Origin: Takakia lepidozioides
Taxonomy: Eukaryota > Plantae > Bryophyta
Length of the DNA: 64,000 nucleotides
Direction of reading: 5' to 3'
Assembly (NCBI GenBank): GCA_030704615.1
Contig: CM060733.1
Span: 12,710,001 to 12,774,000 of the forward strand
Of the stretch, positions 49,430 through 61,599 are shown one piece after another; the stretch's first letter is position 1, and every line of letters begins with the position of its first letter. Below the pieces are notes generated by a model. That model was not told the DNA's origin. It saw only the letters and a program-made list of their open reading frames with translations, and did no database searches. A program made the position numbers and the translations under genes.

Positions 49430-52400
49430 TCACATAGAAAAACAAGCACGAAGGGGGCTCAAAACAGTGTGTTGCCGCACACTGTTTGAGCTTCCAATAA
49501 GGATTGGATTCAACCTGCCAGAGTGGCCCCAGGGGACCGATTTTCAAATCAAAAGCAATCACATAAGGAAGCTCAAACAGTGTGCGTTGCCGCACACTGT
49601 TTGAGCTTCCAATAAAGATTGGATTCAACCTGCCAAAGTGGCCCCAGGAGACCGATTTTCACATCAAAATCAATCACATAGGAAGCTCAAACAGTGTGCG
49701 TTGCCGCACACTGTTTGAGCTTGCAATAAGGTGTGATTTTAATATGGCATAGTGGCCATAAGTGGCCAATTTGAAATAAAATAAAAGGCAGTGAAGGGGG
49801 CTCAAACAGTGTGCGTCCGCGCACACTGTTTGAGCTTCCATTTTGGAGTCGAATGAACTTGCCAGACTAGCCGTAGGTGCACAATTTCCATATCCATAAA
49901 CAAGCAAATCAGGGGGGCTCAAACCGTGTGCGTTGACGCACACCGTTTGGGCTGCCAGGTAAGTGTGAATTGAACCTGACAGAGATGACCTTTGTGGTCG
50001 ATTCTAAAATGCCAGCTGCCAGGTAAGTGTGCATTGACGCTCAAAGAGATGCCCTATGTGGCCGATTTTCAGATAAAAAAACAATGACATGGTGGCTGGA
50101 ACAGTGTGCGTTGACGCACACTGTTTGAGCTGCCAGGTAAGTCTGCATTGAACCTCAAATACATGCCCTATGTGGCCGATTTTCACGTGAAAAAAACAAT
50201 GACAAGTTGGCTCAAACAGTGTGCGTTGATGCACACTGTTTGAGCTGCCACGTAAGTGTGTATTGAAGCTCAAAGAGATGCTCTATGTGGCCTATTTTCA
50301 GATAAAAAAACAATGACATGGTGGGCTGGAACAGTGTGCATTGACGCACACTCTTTGAGCTGCTAGGTAAGTCTGCATTGAACCTCAAATACATGCCCTA
50401 TGTGGCCGATTTTCACATGAAAAAAACAATGACAAGTTGGGCTCAAACAGTGTGCGTTGACGCACACTCTTTGAGCTGCCACGTAAGTGTGCATTGAAGC
50501 TCAAAGAGATGCCATATGTGGCCGATTTTCAGATTAAAAAATAATGACATGGTGGACTCGAACAGTGTGCGTTGACGCACACTGCTGGAGCTGCCACGTA
50601 AGTGTGCATTAAAGCTCAAAGATATGCCCTATGTGGCCGATTTTTAAAAAAAAAAAAAAAAAAAAAAACATGGTTGGCTAAACAGTGTGCGTTGACGCAC
50701 ACTATTTGAGCTGCCAGGTAAGTCTGCATTGAACCTCAAATACATGCCCTATGTGGCCAATTTTCACATGAAAAAAACAATGACAAGTTGGGCTCAAACA
50801 GTGTGCGTTGACGCACACTATTTGAGCTGCCACGTAAGTGTGCATTGAAGCTCAAAGAGATGCCTTATGTGGCCGATTTTCAGATTAAAAAAATAATGAC
50901 ATGGTGTGCTCAAACAGTGTGCGTTGACGCACACTGCTGGAGCCCTTGAGATGCCTTATGTGGCCGATTTTCAGAAAAAAAAAAAAAAAAAAAAAAAAAA
51001 AAACATGGATGCCTGCAACAGTGTGCGTTGACGCACACTGTTTGAGCTGCCACGTAAGTCTGCATTGAACCTCAAATACATGCCCTATGTGGCCATTTTT
51101 CACATGAAAAAAAATAAAGACATGTTGGGGTCAAACAGTGTGCTTTGACGCACACTGTTTGAGCTGCCACGTAAGTGTGTATTGAAGCTCAAAGAGATGC
51201 CCTATGTGGCCGATTTTCATATAAAAAAAAACAATGACATGGTGGGCTGGAACAGTGTGCGTTGACGCACACTGTTTGAGCTGCCAGGTAAGTCTGCATT
51301 GAACCTCAAATACATGCCCTATGTGGCCAATTTTCACATGAAAAAAAACAATGACAAGTTGGGCTCAAACAGTGTGCGTTGACGCACACTATTTGAGCTG
51401 CCACGTAAGTGTGCATTGAAGCTCAAAGAGATGCCATATGTGGCCGATTTTCGGATTAAAAAAATAATGACATGGTGGACTCGAACAGTGTGCGTTGACG
51501 CGCACTGCTGGAGCTGCCACGTAAGTGTGCATTAAAGCTCAAAGAGATGCCCTATGTGGCCGATTTTCAAAAAAAAAAAAAAAAAAAAAAAAATGGTTGA
51601 CTGAACAGTGTGCGTTGACGCACACTTTGAGCTGCCAGGTAAGTCTGCATTGAACCTCAAATACATGCCCTATGTGGCCAATTTTCACATGAAAAAAAAC
51701 AATGACAAGTTGGGCTCAAACAGTGTGCGTTGACGCACACTCTTTGAGCTGCCACGTAAGTGTGCATTGAAGCTCAAAGAGATGCCTTATGTGGCCGATT
51801 TTCAGATTAAAAAAATAATGACATGGTGTGCTCAAACAGTGTGCGTTGACGCACACTGCTGGAGCTGCCTTGAGATGCCCTAATTTTCAAAAAAAAAAAA
51901 AAAAAAACATGGATGCCTGCAACAGTGTGCGTTGACGCACACTGTTTGAGCTGCCACGTAAGTCTGCATTGAACCTCAAATACATGCCCTATGTGGCCAA
52001 TTTTCACATGAAAAAAATAAAGACATGTTGGGGTCAAACAGTGTGCGTTGACGCACACTGTTGAGCTGCCACGTAAGTGTGTATTGAGGCTAAAAGAGAT
52101 GCCTATGTGACCGATTTTCATATAAAAAAAACAATGACATGGTGGGCTGGAACAGTGTGCGTTGACGCACACTGTTTGAGCTGCCAGGTAAGTCTGCATT
52201 GAACCTCAAATACATGCCCTATGTGGCCAATTTTCACATGAAAAAACAATGACAAGTTGGGCTCAAACAGTGTGCGTTGACGCACACTATTTGAGCTGCC
52301 ACGTAAGTGTGCATTGAAGCTCAAAGAGATGCCTTATGTGGCCGATTTTCAGATTAAAAAAATAATGACATGGTGTGCTCAAACAGTGTGCGTTGACGCA

Positions 52401-52445
52401 CACTGCTGGAGCTGCCTTGAGATGCCCTATGTGGCCGATTTTCAG

Positions 52446-52485
<40 letters not shown>

Positions 52486-53292
52486 ATGCCTGCAACAGTG
52501 TGCGTTGACGCACACTGTTTGAGCTGCCACGTAAGTCTGCATTGAACCTCAAATACATGCCCTATGTGGCCGATTTTCACATGAAAAAAATAAAGACATG
52601 TTGGGGTCAAACAGTGTGCGTTGACGCACACTGTTTGAGCTGCCACGTAAGTGTGTATTGAGGCTAAAAGAGATGCCCTATGTGGCCGATTTTCATATAA
52701 AAAAAACAATGACATGGTGGGCTGGAACAGTGTGCGTTGACGCACACTGTTTGAGCTGCCAGGTAAGTCTGCATTGAACCTCAAATACATGCCCTATGTG
52801 GCCAATTTTCACATGAAAAAAACAATGACAAGTTGGGCTCAAACAGTGTGCGTTGACGCACACTATTTGAGCTGCCACGTAAGTGTGCATTGAAGCTCAA
52901 AGAGATGCCCTATGTGGCCGATTTTCAGATTAAAAATATAATGACATGGTGGGCTCAAACAGTGTGCATTGACGCACGCTGCTGGAGCTACCACGTAAGT
53001 TTATTGAAGCTCAAAGAGATGCCCTATGTGGCCGATTTTCACATGAAAAAAACAATGACAAGGTGGGCTCAAATAGTGTGCGTTGACGCACACTGCTGGA
53101 GCTGACAGGTAAGTGTGCATTGAACAACAAAGAGATGCCTATGAGGCCGATTTCCAAATGAAAAAGAATGACAAGGTGGGCTCAAACAGTGTGCGTTGAC
53201 ACACACTGCTAGAGCTGCCAGGTAAGTGTGCATTGAAGCTCAAAGAGATACCCTATAAGGCCGATTCCAAATGAAAAAAACAATGACAAGGT
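49430..53292. repeat. Tandem satellite, ~115 bp monomer, ~33 copies, each with a ~36 bp palindrome; higher-order structure
   Basis: Core gctcaaacagtgtgcgt-tg-acgcacactgtttgagc (17-bp arms, 2-nt loop); monomer variants recur with ~900-920 bp and ~575 bp periods; variable poly(A) tracts. Confidence 0.97.
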
Positions 53293-53736
53293 GCACAACA
53301 CAACCTCATTACATTCGGGGTCTTCCTGTTTACTGCTCTCTGGGGTTGTTGTCGTCTTTCCATAATTGATGGTTTCATGTCATGTTTAGGGTTTGTTTTT
53401 CATCCAAATACAACACGGCTTCTTGTGGCTTCTTGTCACCCTAAACAGTTTTTCTGGTTGGTGTCTCTCAGTGTGGTTGTCTGCGAAGTTCGGTGCATGT
53501 CATTCCTACATCCTTTGCAGGCATCGCCCACAGTCTTTGGGTTAGTGCTAACCTTATTGACCTCAGTTTGTTTGTGGTGGATCCCCTTTCGAGAATTACG
53601 GGCTATCAGTTCGGGGATTCCGTTGTGAATCGCAATTTTTGGTCAGTGGAGGAAAACATGTCGAGGGAGCAAGATAGACTCGCTCGATTTCATTCCAATG
53701 CAGGTAGTCTTCCACTGACTACCACTACAGACGACA

Positions 53737-54870
53737 ATGGGTTTGCAGTTGTTCATGAGGATGAGCTGGTTACAGTGTTCCCGCTGGAATTGGGTTCTCT
53801 GCTTGTTCAAAAAGAGGTGTATGACGAGGATGGGAATTTGGATTCTGGGCACTTGGAGAAACCATTGGTTGGCGAGTGTGGAAGGAAGTGGAGAGTCCTT
53901 CCAGGCACATCCTGTGTCCTTGGAAAAAGAGAGAAGACAATCAGCAGGATCAGTAGTTACCCCTGGCACTGCAGCATCAGTCGTGCAGCAGAAGGGCACA
54001 GTTCATGTGAAACAAGAGGTGAGCACATCCACTACATTCGTGACTCTTTCAGACTCGTCCTCGGAGGATGTTTCTGAGATTCCTCCGCCAGTGCAGACTC
54101 CCATCTTGGATGATGACGAATTGCAGGAGATAACGAGTGTCATTCCGAAATTGAAAGCCCTCGCAGGGGTGCCTGGGTGCAAGAGCGAGCTGCGTTTTGT
54201 TGATTGGGAGTCCCTTCGTGTGCAGCGGGTTCAATACGTGCCAACAAAGTTTGATGGGGACATCTTGTTTGAGCTCAACCCTCCCACGTCTTCCAGTGGA
54301 CTGGCTAGGCTTCTGCAAGGCATGGACAAGAAACATGACGGACACCCTTGGTGCATGACAAAAACATCGAACATCCACAACGACATTGGATTGAAATTTC
54401 AAAGGTCGGTTTGCGTTGGGCATTGCAAGTGCGTGAATATTTCTTGCCCTCGGCTGAGAAACAGCGCTAATCGGCTGATGACGAATCGGGTGCAAATCAC
54501 AAATGCAAGATGGAATCGGCTAGAATTTTGCAGGCTCGGGTGACTCGTATCACCGAAGTCCCTGCCCCGGGGTATGGACGGATTTACACAGTGCTGTCTA
54601 TTGGCTCAATTTTTCATGGCAAAGAATATCAGGTTACCGTGGGGAATTTCCCTAAATGCACTTGTCCGGATTTTGTAACGATGCGTGAGGGCGCTCTCGG
54701 CATGAGAGGGAAGTGGATCCTCTGCAAGCATCAAATTACATATACCTTGTAATTATGTGTTGCGACGGTAAGAGAGACCAATTCATTCACCAAGCCACAC
54801 TAGGCTACGGAGAAGTCATCACCCTTCTGCAGCGGGACACCTCACGTGGGGCTCCGCCAAATTCTCTTTG
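53737..54870 (+). pseudogene. Internally deleted Mutator-like transposase: N-terminal Cys/His (GCM-like) region joined to C-terminal SWIM finger, DDE core missing
   Basis: VQYVPTKFDGDILFEL...KHDGHPW...CVGHCKCVNISCP, then VPAPGYGRIY...YQVTVGNFPKCTCPDF...CKH; the latter is homologous to VPPPGLGRVY...CNCTDF...CKH in element B. Confidence 0.7.
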
Positions 54871-55290
54871 AACACATACGAGCCATGCCCGCTTCCCATG
54901 CTGGTTTCCAGGTTACCGTGTGAAGACTTTGCATTTATGACAAACACATACATTTCGTTCACGGAACCAGGGCAAATGCACATGCCATTCATTGTAAGCG
55001 TCTATCTGTGAATTCAAATAAAGTGTGTCAATCATTCTGAGCTCAAATCTGCCATATTTTCATATTCCTCTTTTTGTGCAGGCATTGCAGACACGGTGCA
55101 TGGTGGCCCCCTTTGTTTTGTCCACGGTAATAGGCCCTCTTCCTGCAATCCTCGCCTATAGGACCTGCTTCTCCAGCAGATTTGTGCCGCTCACGCTTCC
55201 CTGAAGTGTGAGCTCAGCTCACGCTTTGCAGCTTCAACGTGAGCTCAGCTCCCAGGCTCACGGGGCTGGGCTCACGCCGTAGCTACGCTG

Positions 55291-55501
55291 GCTTGACTAG
55301 GAGGGATTCTTACCCTATGCCATTGATTCAGGATGTTTTGAGCCATTTGGGGAAAGCCAAGTGGTTCTCTGCACTGGATCTACAATCTGGTTTTTGGCAG
55401 ATCAAAATGGACGACCAAGACATAAGCAAAATAGCAGTAATTACAAAGAAAGGATTGTATGAATGGCTGGTCATGCCATTTGGGCTAAAAAATGCCACAG
55501 C
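55291..55501 (+). mobile_element. Continuation of RT of the second Gypsy family
   Basis: LTRRDSYPMPLIQDVLSHLGKAKWFSALDLQSGFWQIKM...VMPFGLKNAT. Confidence 0.92.
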
Positions 55502-56866
55502 TGAGCTCAAACTGCAGGTGCAGAACATTGCCACAACCACTATAGACAATGTCTATAGTAGAATAACAGAGCTACAAGAGGATGTAGAAGGCCTGCAGAC
55601 TCAGGTGGATGACCTGAGTTCAAATATTGACAAGAGAGTCTTTGTACCTGAGGAGCAGCTGATGGCTACTTATTTACATGCCAGAACTCTAATTTTTTAG
55701 TCTTCTTCGCAAGGGGTGCAGGAGATGCCAGTGGTAGAAGGGCCAGTGGTACCAATACCTCATTCATCTCGGCCTGGGTGAGCTTCCGTGGTGCTTTGCT
55801 TTCCACCGGCCCTTGTGCTAACCAGACCTGCATAAGGTGGTTATCCACCAAGTCCTGTGTGGCACCCCTGAGAGTCTGCTCCTCTGTGAGCCTGTACACA
55901 TCTAACTGCTACTGTAAAGCCTCCATGCGCTTCATATGAGGTTCAACCAAACTCGCATAGGCAGCAACCAGATTATTGGCTTCCTTCCAAGCCTTGTTAG
56001 CCACAGAGAGTTCATTTCTATTGACCATGACTGTTTGTTGCAACTCCAGGATGTACCTCTCTTGGTCAGCCTCAACGTGTCTGTATTGCTTGAAAGTATT
56101 CTCATTGCGACAGATTGTATTCTTCATATCAACAATGAGTTTCGCCTGCTCGATTATCTCTGCCTCTGCCTTCATACATCTCTCCCCTTGTGTTAACTTC
56201 TAATGCAGTTTGCTCAAGAGTAGTTGTGAGTGTACCACATTGTATGGTCATCCTCTCATGTACTGCCTGCAACTCTGTATGTAGTGCATTCACTTCTTGC
56301 AACTTGCCCTCATGCTTCACCTGCATTTGGTATAACTGTTGTTTATGTGCTTCGTGCAACTGGTCCTGCGCGAGGCCTGCTTCAATCAAATGTCCCTTGG
56401 CCAACTGCAAAGCAGCCTTTGTGTCCTCTAACTCTTGCTGTAACTTGAGATTGACCTCCTCATCGACCTTGTTTGCACACTCAGTGGCAAGTCGAGCCTC
56501 AACCTCCTTCCTGAGTTCCTCCCTCAAAGCTGCCAATTGGGTAGATGGAACATGGGATTTTACATAAGTGCCCAACAAATTAAGTGTTCTGCTTATGGAA
56601 CTCATAAGCATGGCCTGCTGAGGGTCATAATGGTGAGCTTGCTGCTGTTCTTCCTGATCCTCCATAGTGTGATGCCTCACCAACCATTTAGGCCATTGCC
56701 CCACCAGATTCTCTTCCTGAACCACCTCATCCGCCACAGGTGCTGCAGTGTCTTGATATTCTACCCCTGGTACCTCCATCACAGGTGTGGGTATTACATG
56801 CATAGCAGGGTTTTCCCTGGACAACCGCTGCACCTCTGGAATCACTGATTCCCTTACCAAGCCAGA
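55502..56866 (-). mobile_element. Diverged fragment of the Gypsy extra ORF; 55502-55757 locally inverted to plus strand
   Basis: ORFs 56129-56860 and 55909-56175 match the coiled-coil region of 16020-17120; plus-strand piece matches 17117-17365. Confidence 0.9.
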
Positions 56867-58340
56867 GTTGAGGATGGAGTTATGGACATTCCATTGTGTC
56901 GCATGATTTCTATGCAGGTTGTTAGGCCCGCCCTTGCCAACGACATCCTAAGGCTTAGAGTAGACTTCTATTCTGGATACCATCCAGGAGCAGCCGTGTT
57001 CTATGTTTCTGTTGAGGGGATTGATGGATCTACTATAGATGTAGGTCCTGATATCATCTCTACATGGGATAGTCATTGGAAAAAAGTCAATGATGAGTTT
57101 GAGAAGTATCTTGAGTCCAAGCCAAAGTTGCATCATCTTCGGGGGAAGATGTTTCATGTCTGGGATGGGAATCATAGGCTTCAAGCATGGTATCCCTATA
57201 TCAATGAAGTTCATGGGGCCAACTTGTCAAGACATGTATGTATGACAAGTTGGGTGCTCAATGCGGACATTGAAAATCGTGGTTCCCTCAGGTCCATCAT
57301 GGATGGAGTGAATGTGTGAGTTTCCTTTCTATTCTTCATTTACTTTCATGTTCAATGTTGTCATGTTCTTGCTCAATGGATGTACATATACATATCTTCT
57401 TTCTAATGATCATATTTTATATGTGCAGGGCAACAGAGAGGGCACATGTTACATCCAAATTTGTGCACTTGGTTTGCAAGGTCAATATGATTGGCCTTAC
57501 ACCTGTCTCTGAATGGAAGAATGTATTGAGGAAAGAGCAATACGACGAATGCATCAAGAAAGCAGGAAAGACTTGGTATAACCTGACAATCCATGCAATG
57601 ACAGAGATTTTGTACAAGGTAACATCATGTCTTAACCAAGTTTCATTCTTTGCATCCATAGACAAGATTCACCTCTGGTTCATGTTATGAACTGTTTTGG
57701 TTCTTTTGGCAGCATGATATTGTTGAGGCCCAACGCATGGCGGGGGAAGCTTACAAACTTGCTGAGGGGCCAAAGAGTCAAGAGGGCCTTGAAGATACAA
57801 TGAGACAGGCTGGATTGAAAGCAAGGGAGCAACACAAGAGTCAGCTTGTGAAGTTGCTTCATATTGCTGATCCAACCCTTGGAGAGGGGTTTCTCTAAGA
57901 ACTTAAACTGCATTGGTCACGTGTAAAGGCAGGATTAGAGGAAATGACCCAAGAGAAAATGGTGAACATTGCTACCGCCCGGGTGGATCCTGAAGAAAAG
58001 GTGGAATGGCTACATATATGGAATGGAGACCAAACACTTCACGACCATAATTTTTTTCCACCCGGGCATATCAGTGGGCCAACACTTGATCCTTGGCTGA
58101 ATAGAAGGACTTTTTGGTGGCAGGTACATATACAATCACTATCTTCTCAATGCAATTAATTCATTTTGTTGATGACACATTAACATAGTTATTTAACTGA
58201 CCGCATTTTCTGGCAGCTTCGCAAGGTTGCCTTGGCTCAGTTTGCCTTGTACACCACTCAGCTTGGCCAATTTCATGTTGCCTTGGAGGAAGGAGAGAGT
58301 GAGAGATCCATCCATATCAGTTTGGCACGGTATCAAGTGT
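56867..58340 (+). pseudogene. Spliced gene fragment encoding a ParB/Sulfiredoxin-like domain protein
   Basis: IPLCRMISMQVVRP...GYHPGAAVFYVS...KMFHVWDGNHRLQAW carries the ParB/Srx DGxHR motif; GT-AG introns about 57315-57428, 57620-57711, 58124-58216. Confidence 0.7.
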
Positions 58341-59086
58341 CCTAGAGTAACCGGCTTCTAAAAGAGGCTAAGTTTCCAATGCTTGTACATTCAAGAACAC
58401 TGTCTGGTCATGAAAACAGGTCTGCCCTACATTGTAGCATGTTACCAGATAAATTCTTTAAAGCCATCAGCTTGTCATATCATTGCTCCATTGTCACATC
58501 AGTATGCCATAGGGAACAAGAGATAGTCGCCCTAATGATTGTCATAAAGTAACAATCGGGAAATCTTATATCAAACTTTTAGTGTTTACCCACCCCTTGT
58601 TTTGGGTAAAACATGTGTACAAAACCAAAGGGGGCAGGTATTGGGACTTAGGTAATGAAGTCTGGCAGGGGTTTACCACCTGGTTATATTCAGACAAAAC
58701 ATCTACCAGCAGCATATCATAATTGGGTATTTTTTATGGTGCTATAAAGAGCAAAGCCATGACCAGGAGAAACATAGAAACATTTGAGCCAAAGAAATGG
58801 AACTCATTCTTATCATAAGGTATCTAAATCTGACATAAGGCATCGGCTACAGGGGACCGGCAAACAAGAGTAATGTGCATTGACCGGATCATGTATTAGG
58901 TGTACACGTCTACTCCAGCAAGCTGTCTTACCGAGGCCTAGCTCAAAACTTCAGCATTCATAAGCCCTATAGATGTTCTATGCTTATCTCAGGTACCTTC
59001 AAGGATGCCTTGCTCTCCACACCGTGGTCATGGCGGGAGAGGAGGCTGATATCTCATGGCTTTGGCCTTCCCATTGCCTTGGGTTC

Positions 59087-61263
59087 GGTGGGTTAATTGG
59101 TCCAACAAAGTCTAGTCCCCATTTCTGAAATGGTTCAGTAGGCATCGTAGGATGCAACGCCATCTTCCCAGATCTCTGCAAAGGTCCTAGCCTCTGACAT
59201 TCATCACAACTCTGACAATACTTGTGTACATCTTTGAACAAAGTAGGCCACCAGTAACCTGCAAGTAGTATCTTCCTACTGGTAGTCTCTTCTCCAAAAT
59301 GACCTCCAGCCACTCCTTTATGAACTTCCTCCAAGACTTTATTTACTTCATGGTGGTACAAGCATCGTTTAAGTACTCCATCAGGTCCTAGCTTATACAT
59401 TCTGCCCCCTACCATAGTATAAGGTAAAGCCTTGATAGCGATTCTCTTCCTCTGTTCCTTACCATAACTAGGTGGGCACTGACCATGAGTAAGGTAGTAT
59501 CTGATTGGCCACTGCCAATCTAACCATTCATCTGCACTTCCCTGCACCTCCATTGCAAATAAACTCGCATCAGGTAATTGGTCGTCTAATCCTGTGGCGG
59601 GCTCTCCTGTTGTTAGGCGTGACAAATGATCTGCTACAAGATGCAAACGGCCAGGCTTGTAAACAACTTCGAACTCAAACTCGTGCAAGATTATTAACCA
59701 CCTTGCTATCCTTCCACTTATCAAAGGTTTGTTCACTAGATATATCAGAGCCTGGTGATCCACATAAAACATAAACTTTCTTCCCAAGGTAATGCCTGAA
59801 TTTCTTGACTGCATAAATCATTGACAGTGCTTCTCTTTCAGTTGCTATAGTTTCTTTCAGCACTGTTTCATCACCTGCTAGCATAGTACACAGGTGAATC
59901 TATATTTCTTGTAACATTTTGGGCTAACACCGCTCCCAACGCTTCTCCTAAGGCATCACAGTGAACATGAAATATACATGCCAGTGAGGGTTAATCAACA
60001 CAGGTGTAGTTATTACTGACAATGTAAGTTCCTCAAAAGCCTGTTGACATTCAGCTGTCCATGCAAACACTGCATCTTTCTTCAGAAGCTTGCTCAATGG
60101 TGCTGCTATCTGTGCATACCTTTTGACAAATCTTCTGTAATAACTGGTTTGTCCAAGGAATCTCCTTAGACTCTTAACATTTACTGGTGGTGGAGAGGCT
60201 TTAATGGCCTGTGTCTTCCTGGGATCCACAAGACACAGCCCATCTCAGCCCCACAGGCCACAGGGCACAGCCTGTCACAGCCCCTCACAGCCCCTCATAG
60301 CCCCACAGGCCACTGGGCTTAGCCTGTCACGGCCCGCCACAACCTGTCACAAGCCCTCACACAGCTCGCCACAGCCTGTTCTCTTACACACAATGTGTCC
60401 CAAAAGCACCCTTGAGTTCACACAGAAAGTACACTTTTCTGGATTCAGGCCCAGACCTCTCATCCTGCATCTGGCCAAACATAACTCTAATTTATGCAAG
60501 TGCTCATTCTTAGAGCTGTACACACTGAAATCATCCAAGAACACCTACATGAAATCATCCAGATACTCATGTAAAGATTCACTTATCACTCTCTGAAATG
60601 TTGCTGGTGCATTACAAAGTCCAAAAGGCATGACTTTGTATGCATAAGCACCCCAGTCTGTGATGAAAGCTGTCTTTCCCTGGTCTTCTTCTGCCACTTG
60701 CACTTGATTATAACCACTGAAGCCATCCATGAATGAGTACATCTCATAGCCTGCCACAGTGTCTAATATCGCTTCTGTGAATGGCAAAGGAAAAAGATCT
60801 TTCTTTGTGCAAGCATTCAACTTCTTATAGTTCACACAAACTCTCAGTTTACCATTCTTCTTGGGAACTATCACAATGGGTGACAACCAAGTTGTATACT
60901 CTATCGGGTATATAAACTTAGCCTCAACCAACTTCTTGATCTCTTCTCCAACCTTCTGTGCATAGTTGGGATTCATTCTGTACCTTGCCTGTTTGATTGG
61001 TACTGTCCCTGGTTCCAGTTCAATCTTATGCTGACAGATCTCATGTGGTATCCCTTTTAGATCCTCGTAGCTCCAAGCAAATACATCTTTGTATTTGATG
61101 AACAAACTCTTTGCTTCCTCAAAGAATTCTGGCTCCAAATCAGCCCCTACCTTCACCATCCTCGGTTCCTCTTCAGTTCTCACATTCACTCCTCTCACTT
61201 GCTCATCAGCTGTGATTGTCCAACCAGTCACCACTTCATCCTGTAAACTCACAGTGGCTGGTT
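59087..61263 (-). mobile_element. Diverged Gypsy pol fragment (RT-RH-IN N-terminus), same superfamily as copies 1 and 2
   Basis: ORFs 60545-61252, 59948-60229, 58999-59814 nearly identical in protein to 36440-38470, with many synonymous differences. Confidence 0.93.
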
Positions 61264-61599
61264 TGTAGTGTGAAAAGAAGGGGGCATATATCCCCTTCTG
61301 TCTAATCCTAATCTAGTTCTTAGTGCAAGGTCTTGTTGTTATCCTGGTTCTCCCACACAGGTTGGCTACATCCATGTTGTTTATGATCAGAGTTCATGAA
61401 GCCCTCATCCACGCCGCAGCGGAAGAGAAGACATGGATGGGACAAGTGAAGGTGTTTCCTGCATAGTGCAACAGGCCTGACTAGGGTTCTGTCTTGCACC
61501 AGCTTAGTTTTCATGCTGATATAGTCACTCAAACAGCTTACCAGTGGGTTAATGACAGCCTATGAGTTCACCATTTGCATGTAGCATCTACATTGAACC

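Larger units (their letters stand above)
48026..55291. mobile_element. Non-autonomous Mutator-like element (element C, ~7.27 kb) inserted in the RT of the second Gypsy
   Basis: Duplicated gcttgactagg at 48016-48026 and 55291-55301 (TSD 9-11 bp; 9-bp core cttgactag); removal restores NRLTRRDSYPMP; degenerate termini with GTGAGCCC/GGGCTCAC subterminal repeats. Confidence 0.9.

Noticed and set aside
48640-49437. 265-aa plus-strand ORF
   Set aside because: Antisense to the more plausible minus-strand remnant; no motif.
50004-53105. Protein-coding ORFs in the satellite
   Set aside because: Repetitive translations of the monomer with poly-F/K from homopolymers; no coding signature.
49430-53292. 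CRISPR array (palindromic repeats at regular spacing)
   Set aside because: Intervening sequences are homologous to each other rather than unique spacers, the context is eukaryotic and no cas genes are present.
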